From Octopus sinensis (lineage: Eukaryota), in the NCBI RefSeq assembly GCF_006345805.1, contig NW_021827750.1, positions 1 through 9,945 on the forward strand: a stretch of 9,945 nt of DNA. Direction: 5' to 3'. Below, piece by piece: positions 1-7,329 of this stretch (its first letter is position 1; each line of letters starts with the position of its first letter). The notes beneath the pieces were generated by a model. The model was not told where the DNA came from, searched no databases, and saw only the letters and a program-made list of their open reading frames with translations. The translations under genes and the position numbers were made by a program.

Positions 1-2
1 AG

Positions 3-171
3 TTGCTGAAAATATGTGGAGCTCAACATCCGAAAGCAGATATCAACCAACTGTAATTAAGGAAAGACCAGACTGGGAGATGCTCAATAGCAGTAGAAGA
101 ACGTATAGAGATGGAAAAAAAGCTTAGCCGAGTATTTACAATGTGGCACAGAAAAACTACTAAAGACTGAA
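3..171 (+). mobile_element. Decayed non-LTR retrotransposon ORF fragment, R4/Dong-like (region just C-terminal to the RT domain)
   Basis: Frame 3 gives LLKICGAQHPKADINQL*LRKDQTGRCSIAVEERIEMEK. After a frameshift in the A-run at 115-121, frame 1 gives SLAEYLQCGTEKLLKTE. This resembles the HPKADxxRLYxxRxxGGRGLxxxE...SLxxY motif of R4/Dong-type elements as I recall it. One stop and one frameshift. Confidence 0.6.
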
Positions 172-174
172 TAA

Positions 175-276
175 AAAGGCAGGTAAAAGCAGACTTCTCT
201 TGCTAAATTTCTAATGAAAAGGCCTGCAAGTGTGAAAAGTGCAGAAACTGTGTCCAAAAAGCCTAAATTAAGCGAC
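175..276 (+). mobile_element. Possible Tigger/pogo-like transposase C-terminal relic
   Basis: Frame 1 gives KGR*KQTSLAKFLMKRPASVKSAETVSKKPKLSD, resembling the KGRxKQTSLDRFLxKRPAS...KKxK tail I recall from invertebrate Tigger-like transposases. Short and unverified. Confidence 0.4.
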
Positions 277-291
277 GCGAGAGAGAAAAGG

Positions 292-572
292 CCCCAGTAC
301 TTATTCTTTGTAAGCCTAGTATTTATTCTATCGGTCTCTTTTGCCGAACCGCTAAGTTACAGGGTCGTAAACACACCAGCATCGGTTGTCAAGCGATGTT
401 GGAGGGGGGGCAAAAACAGGCACAAACATATACACACATACACACACATAGATATATATACATATACATATATACGACAGGCTTCTTTCAGTTTCCGTCT
501 ACCAAATCCACTCACAAGGTTTTGGTCGGTCCGAGGCTATAGTAGAAGACACTTGCCCAAGGTACCACGCAG
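292..572 (-). mobile_element. SINE family A, copy 1 (truncated at both ends)
   Basis: Reverse complement matches the body of the copies at 977-1395 and 2171-2572 (e.g. gcttctttcagtttccgtctaccaaatccactcacaagg at 481-519). It lacks the A/B-box head (stops at cacgcag, 572) and the 3' tail. Confidence 0.9.
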
Positions 573-598
573 GTTCTTCCTGAAATTTCAATTGAAAG

Positions 599-661
599 CG
601 ATTCTCCTTCCAAACGCTAATATCCCTCTTCCTTGCACACATTGTATCCCTCGTACACAGG
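599..661 (+). CDS. Weak candidate exon (RFSFQTLISLFLAHIVSLVHR)
   Basis: AG at 597-598 and AGG|GTAATC donor at 662. The 63-nt frame is open, hydrophobic and ends in phase 0, matching the 1746 candidate. The acceptor has a poor pyrimidine tract. Confidence 0.2.
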
Positions 662-860
662 GTAATCAAATTAATAAAAACCGCTTTAGATATTTCTTTT
701 GCGTTCTATTTTACTGTGCTTTTATTATTGTCATTTTCCTTGTAACTGTAGGCTTTTTGTTTCGAAACCCATAAAAATGGCCATTGGATGGTTTTGTGTT
801 GCTGGAAAGGAACAATCATATTCTAATACATATGTATGCAAGTGTGGGCATGGTTGCATG

Positions 861-862
<2 letters not shown>

Positions 863-897
<35 letters not shown>

Positions 898-922
898 CCA
901 TACATTGCATACATATGTATTA

Positions 923-976
<54 letters not shown>
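863..976. repeat. Two (AT)n microsatellites (863-892 and 925-976)
   Basis: Read directly. The second array is (AT)26 and abuts the SINE 5' end at 977. Confidence 0.97.
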
Positions 977-979
<3 letters not shown>

Positions 980-1395
980 TAGTAGTGGGTGTGCGGTAAG
1001 TAGATTGCTTACGAACCATTGGTCCCGGGTTCAGTCCCACTGCGTGGTACCTTGGGCAAGTGTCTTCTGCTATACCTCAGGCCGACCAAAGCCTTGTGAG
1101 TGGATTTGGTAGACGGAAACTGAAAGAAGCCTGTCGTATATATGTATATGTATATATATCTATGTGTGTATATGTTTGTGTCTTTTTTATCCCCCCCAAC
1201 CTCGCTTGACAACAGATGCTGGTGTGTTTACGACCCTGTAACTTAGTGGTTCGGCAAAAGAGACCGATAGAATAAATACTAGGCTTACAAATAATAAATA
1301 CTGGGGTCGACTTGCTCGACTAAACGCGGTGCTCCGCATGGCAACAGTCAAATGACTGAAACAAAATAAAGAGTAAAAAGAGTAAAGTAAAGAGT
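977..1395 (+). mobile_element. SINE family A, copy 2 (full length, tRNA-derived head)
   Basis: Has a degenerate A box near 986-997, B box GGTTCAGTCCC (1028-1038) and an internal (TA/TG) microsatellite (about 1137-1180). 3' hairpins are GTCGA-cttgc-TCGAC (1306-1320) and CAGTCA-aa-TGACTG (1345-1358), followed by an (AAAGAGT)-like tail to about 1395. Colinear with copy 3. Confidence 0.93.
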
Positions 1396-1745
1396 ATTAT
1401 GAATCTTTAGTCAAATATATTCAATGAGAATATTACATACTGAATATATATTGAGTGCTCTATTGTATCAAAGTATTAATATTATTAAGGTATTTATATA
1501 TTTAATGCGAGCGATTATATATATTTTTAAATAATATATCAATTAATATTAAGAATTCAATATCAGAAAACTTCACAGAAAGATATACACGTGTGAAAAA
1601 AAATGGTTGTATTAAAAATATAAATAAATAAATATAATATTTATAAAAATATATGTATATATGTATACGTATAAATATATAATGTATATGACAGTTTATA
1701 AGTTTTGAATTAAATATTTAAACCTTTTTTACGATCGTTTCACAG

Positions 1746-1782
1746 AGTGCTGTCCCTATAATGAAATCCTATATGGATACGT
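1746..1782 (+). CDS. Candidate 37-nt internal exon (SAVPIMKSYMDT, phase 0 to 1)
   Basis: Acceptor ctttttttacgatcgtttcacAG (1744-1745) and donor GTACGT (1783-1788). The phase-1 end fits the phase-1 start of the 2750 exon. Confidence 0.4.
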
Positions 1783-1816
1783 GTACGTGCACATAGATGC
1801 AAATAAATGTTTCTAC

Positions 1817-1849
1817 ATGTATATATTTATATGTATATATATATATATG

Positions 1850-1901
<52 letters not shown>

Positions 1902-1971
1902 ACTTATGTATGTAAATATGAATATAAACTTGTATATATGTACGTATGTATGCAAATGTGGTATATATTGG

Positions 1972-2022
<51 letters not shown>

Positions 2023-2079
2023 TATATACATATATATATGTATAAATACATATATATATACACAACACACATATATATA
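1817..2079. repeat. Compound (TA)n/(TATG)/(CA) microsatellite region
   Basis: Read directly. Confidence 0.95.
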
Positions 2080-2170
2080 AGTACATGGAACTGTGTATGT
2101 GTACAAACATATATGTGTTTATACATGTAGATGCAGATGTATTAATGTGAGTGTGTATATTCGTATATAT

Positions 2171-2570
2171 CTCTCTTTCTCTCTTTTCTCTCTTTTACTT
2201 GTTTCAGTCATTTGACTGCGGCCATGCTGGAGCACTGCCTTTAGTCGAGCAAATCGACCCCGGGACTTATTCTTTGTAAGCCCATTACTTATTCTATCGG
2301 TCTCTTTTGCCGAACCGCTAAGTGACGGGAACACACCAGCATCGGTTGTCAAGAAATACTAGGGGGACAAACACAAACATACACACATACATATATATAT
2401 ACATATATACGACAGGCTTCTTTCAGTTTCCGTCTACCAAATCCACTCACAAGGCATTGGTCGGCCCGGGGCTATAGCAGAAGACACTTTCCCAAGATGC
2501 CACGCAGTGGGACTGAACCCGGAACCATATAGTTGGTTAGCAAGCTACTTACCACACAGCCACTCCTGCG

Positions 2571-2572
<2 letters not shown>
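2171..2572 (-). mobile_element. SINE family A, copy 3 (full length)
   Basis: Minus strand starts GGCGCAGGAGTGGCTGTGTGGTAAG (A box TGGCTGTGTGG) and contains GGTTCCGGGTTCAGTCCC (B box). Same body and 3' hairpins as copy 2, with an (AAAAGAGAG)-like tail ending near 2171. Confidence 0.95.

Positions 2573-2610
<38 letters not shown>
2573..2610. repeat. (TA)19 microsatellite abutting the SINE copy 3 5' end
   Basis: Read directly. Confidence 0.97.
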
Positions 2611-2625
<15 letters not shown>

Positions 2626-2749
2626 AGTAGTTTTAAGTGTGTATGTGATTATGAACGTGTATTTTTATCTACGTATGTGGGTTTTATGTGTATCTATGAC
2701 GTGTGTCTCATTTATAAATACAGCGATTATTTTCTATATCAATCCATAG

Positions 2750-2832
2750 GCTTTACCAAATCCTTCGCATTTCGTTTGATTTTAAAAACGTTGAACGAAT
2801 ATAAAATCCCTGCTGAGAACATATCAAAAGTC
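2750..2832 (+). CDS. Candidate internal exon (xFTKSFAFRLILKTLNEYKIPAENISKV, phase 1 to 0), product unknown
   Basis: Acceptor ttattttctatatcaatccatAG (2748-2749) and strong donor GTGAGT (2833-2838). Only one frame is open, composition is complex, and the segment lies within ORF-track entry 2533..3027. Confidence 0.65.
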
Positions 2833-2849
2833 GTGAGTAGATATCTGCC

Positions 2850-2961
2850 CTCTCTCTCTCTTTCTCCGCACACTCACACATACACACACGCTTGCACACA
2901 CACAAGCACTGAGCATACGCACACATGCATACACACATTCACGATCACATACACACACACA
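2850..2961. repeat. (CT)n followed by degenerate (CA)n microsatellite
   Basis: Read directly. Confidence 0.9.
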
Positions 2962-3183
2962 TGCATATTTTATAGAAGAAATGCAAAACGTCAAATATAT
3001 TGTGAGCCCAATACGTTTAGTAGATAGTGATATCGATTTTGTTAAATGATAACAGGTATTTTAAAGTTTAGCCTGATCAGCTTAAACACATAAATACATA
3101 CATATGTAAATACATGTTCAAATCAAATATACAGATAAGTATTATTTGCGTATTTATTTATTATTTGATTCCCTACATATTCT

Positions 3184-3299
3184 GCTGCGAGCTGGAAGTC
3201 TTTTGTACGTCGAGCAAAATAATAAGCAGTAATTCGCCCCTCTTTATATTTTGAGTTCAAATTCTACTGCAGCCGACTTTGCCTTTCATCCTTTAATCG
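3184..3299 (+). mobile_element. Decayed 5' part of a second tRNA-derived SINE family (family B)
   Basis: gcgagctgg... head, B-box-like GAGTTCAAATT (3253-3263) and ccgactttgcctttcatccttt (3273-3294) match a second octopus SINE as I recall it. Ends abruptly near 3299. Confidence 0.6.
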
Positions 3300-3301
3300 T
3301 T

Positions 3302-3376
3302 TTTACTACACCTCTGTATGAGTATTTACTACACCTCTGTATGAGTATTTACTACACCTCTGTATGAGTATTTACT
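3302..3376. repeat. Perfect 23-bp tandem repeat, 3 copies plus 6 nt
   Basis: TTTACTACACCTCTGTATGAGTA at 3302, 3325 and 3348, then TTTACT. No mismatches and no spacers. Confidence 0.97.
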
Positions 3377-3991
3377 CCACTGCCAAGCTTTGTTGAGCTA
3401 GTGTGAGTTGTTAGGTTCATCGAACTAGTATACTCTCGAGGTCAAAACACGGCCTCCACATCAGGCAGGTTTGGTAGAGAGATTATACTGAGACCTTCAT
3501 TCTGCTGTGGACTGAACATCGGCAATCTAATGCAATCCATATGTTCATAATTTGTATGCATGTAAGTATATATAGACTTTTATACAGACGTGTAAATACA
3601 CTGAGACATGAACATGCAGTAGACCGTAGTAAAAGAATGCGAATTAATTGTATTTGGGTTTCATGAAATTCAGACAATCAACTCCATTTACTGATAGTAA
3701 ATTATTACATAAACTTCTTTCTAACTTACTGACTTTTTGCTGGTCAATAAAAAGACTGTTCGATCCACTATTTTGTCTTTAAAAGAAGTTCACACAATGA
3801 ACGACGTCATTTATATATTCCGTGATATAATTTCCGATTCTGATACTAAATGAAATCCCACTCAAATTATTCACTAATCCTGTCTTTACACACACATGCG
3901 CGCGAACATGCACACACACACACATAGGTACATATGTAACCACACAGGTACTTTTGGTAATATTCTCCTTCTCTCAACTTTTCCGTTTTCC

Positions 3992-4025
3992 TTTCCGACA
4001 AAGAGCTATGCTCGGAACGTTAAAA
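3992..4025 (+). ncRNA. Degenerate minimal hammerhead-ribozyme-like relic (Penelope-like element type)
   Basis: CCGACAA-A-GAGC(tat)GCTC-GGAA-CGT-TA. Stem II is a perfect 4 bp and stem III is near-palindromic (AACGTT), but there are three deviations from CUGANGA/GAAA and only a 3-bp stem I. Confidence 0.35.
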
Positions 4026-4135
4026 ACGCTCTCTTTTCACCCACTTTACCGAGCGTCCAGCTAATATATTCCATGCGCATGTCCTCTTGTTTTTTGTTAT
4101 TTTTATTTTTAATGTTCTACTCTTCAAATTTTACA

Positions 4136-4141
4136 ATATAT

Positions 4142-4179
<38 letters not shown>

Positions 4180-4230
4180 GATATATATACTATATAATTA
4201 TATATATATATATATGTATATATGTATATA
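4136..4230. repeat. Interrupted (TA)n microsatellite
   Basis: Read directly. Abuts the foldback element. Confidence 0.95.
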
Positions 4231-4233
4231 TTA

Positions 4234-4582
4234 CAGATGAGAAAATAATTTTATTCTCAAACTCAGGATAATGTTAATAATATAGAATGAACAGGATAAA
4301 AACTATCCTTATTTTGCAGAAAAATCTGTCGGCGACCAGTCATGAGACTTGAACTCACATCCCTGTGATAACGCGTCTTATAAAGCTAGATTTATATATC
4401 CTAAATTTGCAGCAGAATTTGTCATTCGGGCAGCTTAGCTTAATGGTAAAGCACTTGACGCGTAATCTCAGGGATGTGAGTTTGAGTCTCAAAGCTAGCC
4501 GCAAAATATGGATATTTCATCCTGTTCATGCTATATTATTAGCATTATCCTGCGTTTGGAAGTAAAATTATTTCCTTATCTG
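4234..4582. mobile_element. Foldback/MITE-like element with long terminal inverted repeats, CAG...CTG ends and flanking TA
   Basis: 4232-4317 vs reverse complement of 4501-4584 gives 74/86 identities by manual alignment. 4343-4377 vs reverse complement of 4457-4491 gives 31/35. TA at 4232-4233 and 4583-4584 flank CAG/CTG termini, as in Tc1/mariner-superfamily insertions. Confidence 0.7.
4429..4499 (+). pseudogene. tRNA-like (Thr-CGT-like) sequence inside the foldback element
   Basis: A box TAGCTTAATGG (4436-4446), D stem GCTT/AAGC, loop CGCGTAA with CGT at 4461-4463, T arm TGAG-TTTGAGT-CTCA. The acceptor and anticodon stems are mispaired and the B box is mutated (GTTTGAGTC), so it is not a functional tRNA. 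Confidence 0.55.
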
Positions 4583-4674
4583 TATCTTTCAATACATCTC
4601 AACGCTTTTAAATCAAACTTTGTTTCTTGAATTTAATGTCTGCATATATATATATACACATCCGGCTTTTGCAG

Positions 4675-4727
4675 ATGGAGCATGAGTTTTTAACCGTGAC
4701 TGGAAAATTCAGAGTTGAATATCCTGG
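4675..4727 (+). CDS. Candidate internal exon ([18 protein letters not shown], phase 0 to 2), product unknown
   Basis: Acceptor ggcttttgcAG (4673-4674) and donor GG|GTAAGC (4728-4733). It has a single open frame whose phase-0 start fits the end of the 2750-2832 exon. Confidence 0.6.
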
Positions 4728-4945
4728 GTAAGCAAGAGCTTCTAACACATTTATTCAAATTTATTTGGTTTTGTTCCAAACATTCGATTTTATCGCATGT
4801 ATTATACGTCACCATGATCAACAGTGTTTTACTTGTGACCCACAATATACTAATTCATACCTTCGACGAAATGCTTAAGTGTTTTATCAATGTTTTATTA
4901 TACAAAGGACAAACAAACCCATATAAAGATAATGAGAGAATTGTG

Positions 4946-5078
4946 TATATAGATATATATATATATATATATATATATCTATATATATATATATATATAT
5001 GCATATATATATTATACATACCTATATATATTATATATATATATCTATATATATGCCATATATATATATACATACATA

Positions 5079-5126
<48 letters not shown>

Positions 5127-5141
5127 TATACATACACACAC
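4946..5141. repeat. Long interrupted (TA)n microsatellite ending in (CA)n
   Basis: Read directly. Confidence 0.95.
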
Positions 5142-5180
5142 AGAAGGATAAGATCAATATTTAAATATCGATTTTATCAG

Positions 5181-5211
5181 GTGGCCAGCATGGGAATAAA
5201 AACCATCAAAG
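5181..5211 (+). CDS. Candidate small exon, frame ambiguous
   Basis: Acceptor gattttatcAG (5179-5180) and donor AAG|GTAACA (5212). Phase 2 (after the 4675 exon) reads WPAWE* with the stop at 5197-5199. Phase 0 reads VASMGIKTIK, open to the donor. Confidence 0.35.
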
Positions 5212-5340
5212 GTAACAATTATTTAAAATTATAATATAGGGTAATAGCAGTCAATCTTGACTCTAAAGCCACATTAATGTTCATATAGCACCAGGAGAGA
5301 AGACGAAGAGACAAAATAGAATAGCAAAAATTACTGGATA

Positions 5341-5399
5341 ATTCCAGATCCCGGATTTCTGACTCTGCATAAGAAATGGTCTGCCTTCATCAGTGGAAT
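5341..5399 (-). ncRNA. Type I hammerhead-ribozyme-like motif with intact core (Penelope-like element type)
   Basis: Minus strand reads ATTCCA-CTGATGA-A-GGC...GTC-A-GAAA-TCC-G-GGA-TC-TGGAAT. Stem I is 6 bp, core boxes are intact, stem III is near-palindromic and the triplet is AUC. Stem II is only 3 bp including one G-U. Confidence 0.55.
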
Positions 5400-5605
5400 A
5401 TACTCAGAAAAGCAAATAAATACAAATATATACATATACAACATACAATATACTTACATATACGAACGTATTTATAACATATATATATATATGAGCGTGT
5501 ATATATAAATCAAGGCGGCTATCAGCATTTTAAGACCAACAGGGAAATAATTCACAATCATTAAGGTGACAAGAGTGCAGTGAGCACCAGGATTATTAGA
5601 AATAT

Positions 5606-5831
5606 TAGTCATAGACTATTTCTTTTTGGGATTTGGTTTGCAAGATTCTTTATATGAGTTCGTGTGTTGAAGCATATTCTGTTGGTCTGGGGAGAGCCAT
5701 TTTCTTTTTGTGCCTTATAATTCCACACACCCGGTAACATTTCAACGTATTTCTTATTTTTATTTTCCTAAAACTTTTCGTTGAGTCTTGCAAACTTTTA
5801 CCAGTGATTGTGTTAAATTATAGTCATAGAC
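5606..5831. repeat. About 215-bp interspersed-repeat-like unit bounded by 11-bp direct repeats, with internal inverted repeats
   Basis: TAGTCATAGAC at 5606-5616 and 5821-5831. TTGCAAGATTC (5638-5648) is inverted with GAGTCTTGCAA (5783-5793). Imperfect inversion of 5716-5742 with 5793-5822. Confidence 0.5.
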
Positions 5832-6368
5832 ACCTTAGCCATAAAAACACATGGTGCATTGAAGGGGGGGGGGGCAACATTCCCTACGGTAAGCCAGATG
5901 GATTAGATTAGCATGGTAATTTCTTATAGGAAGTTAATACTCATCAGCAATGCTCACTCCATTACGGCTGGTGGAGGTTAACTCCCGCCTGTCAATATCA
6001 TTGAGAATGCCATAGGAATTAGGGACTGATTTCCCAAAATGGCAATGTGAAGATTATAAAATATTGAAGGTAGCTAACACACATTTTAAAACCAACTAGG
6101 TAATTATATATATATAAAATGTATATAAAAACTTATACACGGAGGGAAGACCACCATGTGGATTTCTTACATGCTAAAGAGGGCAAGCCACGGTACTGGA
6201 CGAATATGTTCTTAACACTAACTTTTAGTCACACCGCTTGTAGTTTTAGCCTTCTTCACTAATTCTGTTCTCAACCATACTGAATGCGGTTATTTTACCT
6301 ATGATGATCCAATCCTAAGCTATATTTGAATATAAAATAATTGAAACAAAACAATTAATCTCTTTAAG

Positions 6369-6450
6369 TGTTCAAAGTCAACTGCGGCGCAATATCTCCA
6401 AGTTTTGAACAAATTCCAGGCATTGCTCAACATGAATTTGCTTGATGAAA
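6369..6450 (+). CDS. Candidate exon (CSKSTAAQYLQVLNKFQALLNMNLLDE, phase 0 to 1)
   Basis: Consensus donor GTAAGT at 6451-6456 and a single open frame. The acceptor tctctttaAG (6367-6368) is non-optimal (A at -3). Confidence 0.35.
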
Positions 6451-6760
6451 GTAAGTATCGTGTTTCTTCATTTTTTAACACCATTACCGTCATAATTAGC
6501 TTCATCAATCACCATACCATCCTCTTCGTCGTTGTCGTCATCATCAACCACAACGGATGATACCTTAGGACACCCACGCGTGCACGCAAGCGCACAGACT
6601 CCCTCCCTCTCTCTTATACATACAACTATTCATTTACATTTTCTCAAAGCTTGGATAATTTCAATAAATCAGCATTTTATTTTGCGCTTTTCCGTTTCTT
6701 GTCCCTACGGAACTGATTGTCCAACCGAGGGCAAAAATGTTTTCTTCTAATTTTGTATAG

Positions 6761-6855
6761 AAGTAGAAGATGCAGACTCTACTGGGCAGAAAATTTCACA
6801 CAATTCCAGTACTTTCTTTAATTCACTCAGGAAAATTATTCAATGCTGCAAATAA
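6761..6855 (+). CDS. Candidate terminal exon, frame ambiguous
   Basis: Good acceptor gttttcttctaattttgtatAG (6759-6760). Phase 1 reads xVEDADSTGQKISHNSSTFFNSLRKIIQCCK* (stop 6853-6855). Phase 2 reads xSRRCRLYWAENFTQFQYFL*. No strong donor. Confidence 0.25.
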
Positions 6856-7329
6856 TTTTCCTCGGCGAAAATTCATTTTGTTCGAAGTGATCATATTAAT
6901 TTTTGAATTAGGATCGATAGATACACACACAGCTCATACGCTTTAACTCATCTCTAAGAGATATAAAAGAGGAATAAATCATATCCCATTGCCGAACAAT
7001 GATATAATTTTTTTCACTTCGTTTCCATTCATTTCATTTTACCACTGCCAAATCAATATAAAGTCTATCTATTTCCAGCATAAAAGAGGTTTATGCGCAT
7101 CCGGTCAGTATGTCTAAGTAGTGGTCAATATTGAGGAAATGCAACAATAGAGGCCGCGAAACAGACATTAACATTTTTACTAGTCAAATCCCGTAACAAA
7201 TTATATATTGCTCGGGAAAATGTAAAAATATATATACATATACACATACATATTTCGGGATGGTCATGTTATTTATTATTTAAAAAAATATAATGAATAA
7301 ATATATGCGTGCATATATATATTGTGTGC

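Noticed and set aside
214-774. 186-aa ORF
   Set aside because: Chimeric read-through of a transposon relic, an antisense SINE with its microsatellite, and AT-rich flank. Not a coherent gene.
784-2126. Multiple YI/IY-rich ORFs on both strands
   Set aside because: Translations of (TA)n, which lacks stop codons. The same applies to 4715..5164 and 4855..5073.
2533-3027. 164-aa ORF as a whole gene
   Set aside because: Its ends are SINE, (TA)n and (CA)n sequence. Only 2750-2832 has splice signals and complex composition.
3302-3376. CRISPR-like array
   Set aside because: The repeats are contiguous with no spacers, there are no cas genes, and the context is eukaryotic.
3411-3550. Possible exon or old SINE fragment
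   Set aside because: An open frame exists but there is no convincing donor or recognisable motif, and SINE similarity is limited to gtggactgaac.
4429-4499. Functional tRNA-Thr gene
   Set aside because: Acceptor and anticodon stems are mispaired, G replaces the conserved U33, and the T-loop is TTT instead of TTC. Kept only as tRNA-like.
4825-4878. Exon with a CxxC motif (CFTCDP...)
   Set aside because: Weak acceptor, no good donor and an early stop in that frame.
5864-5874. G11 run as a G-quadruplex or regulatory element
   Set aside because: A single homopolymer with no supporting context.
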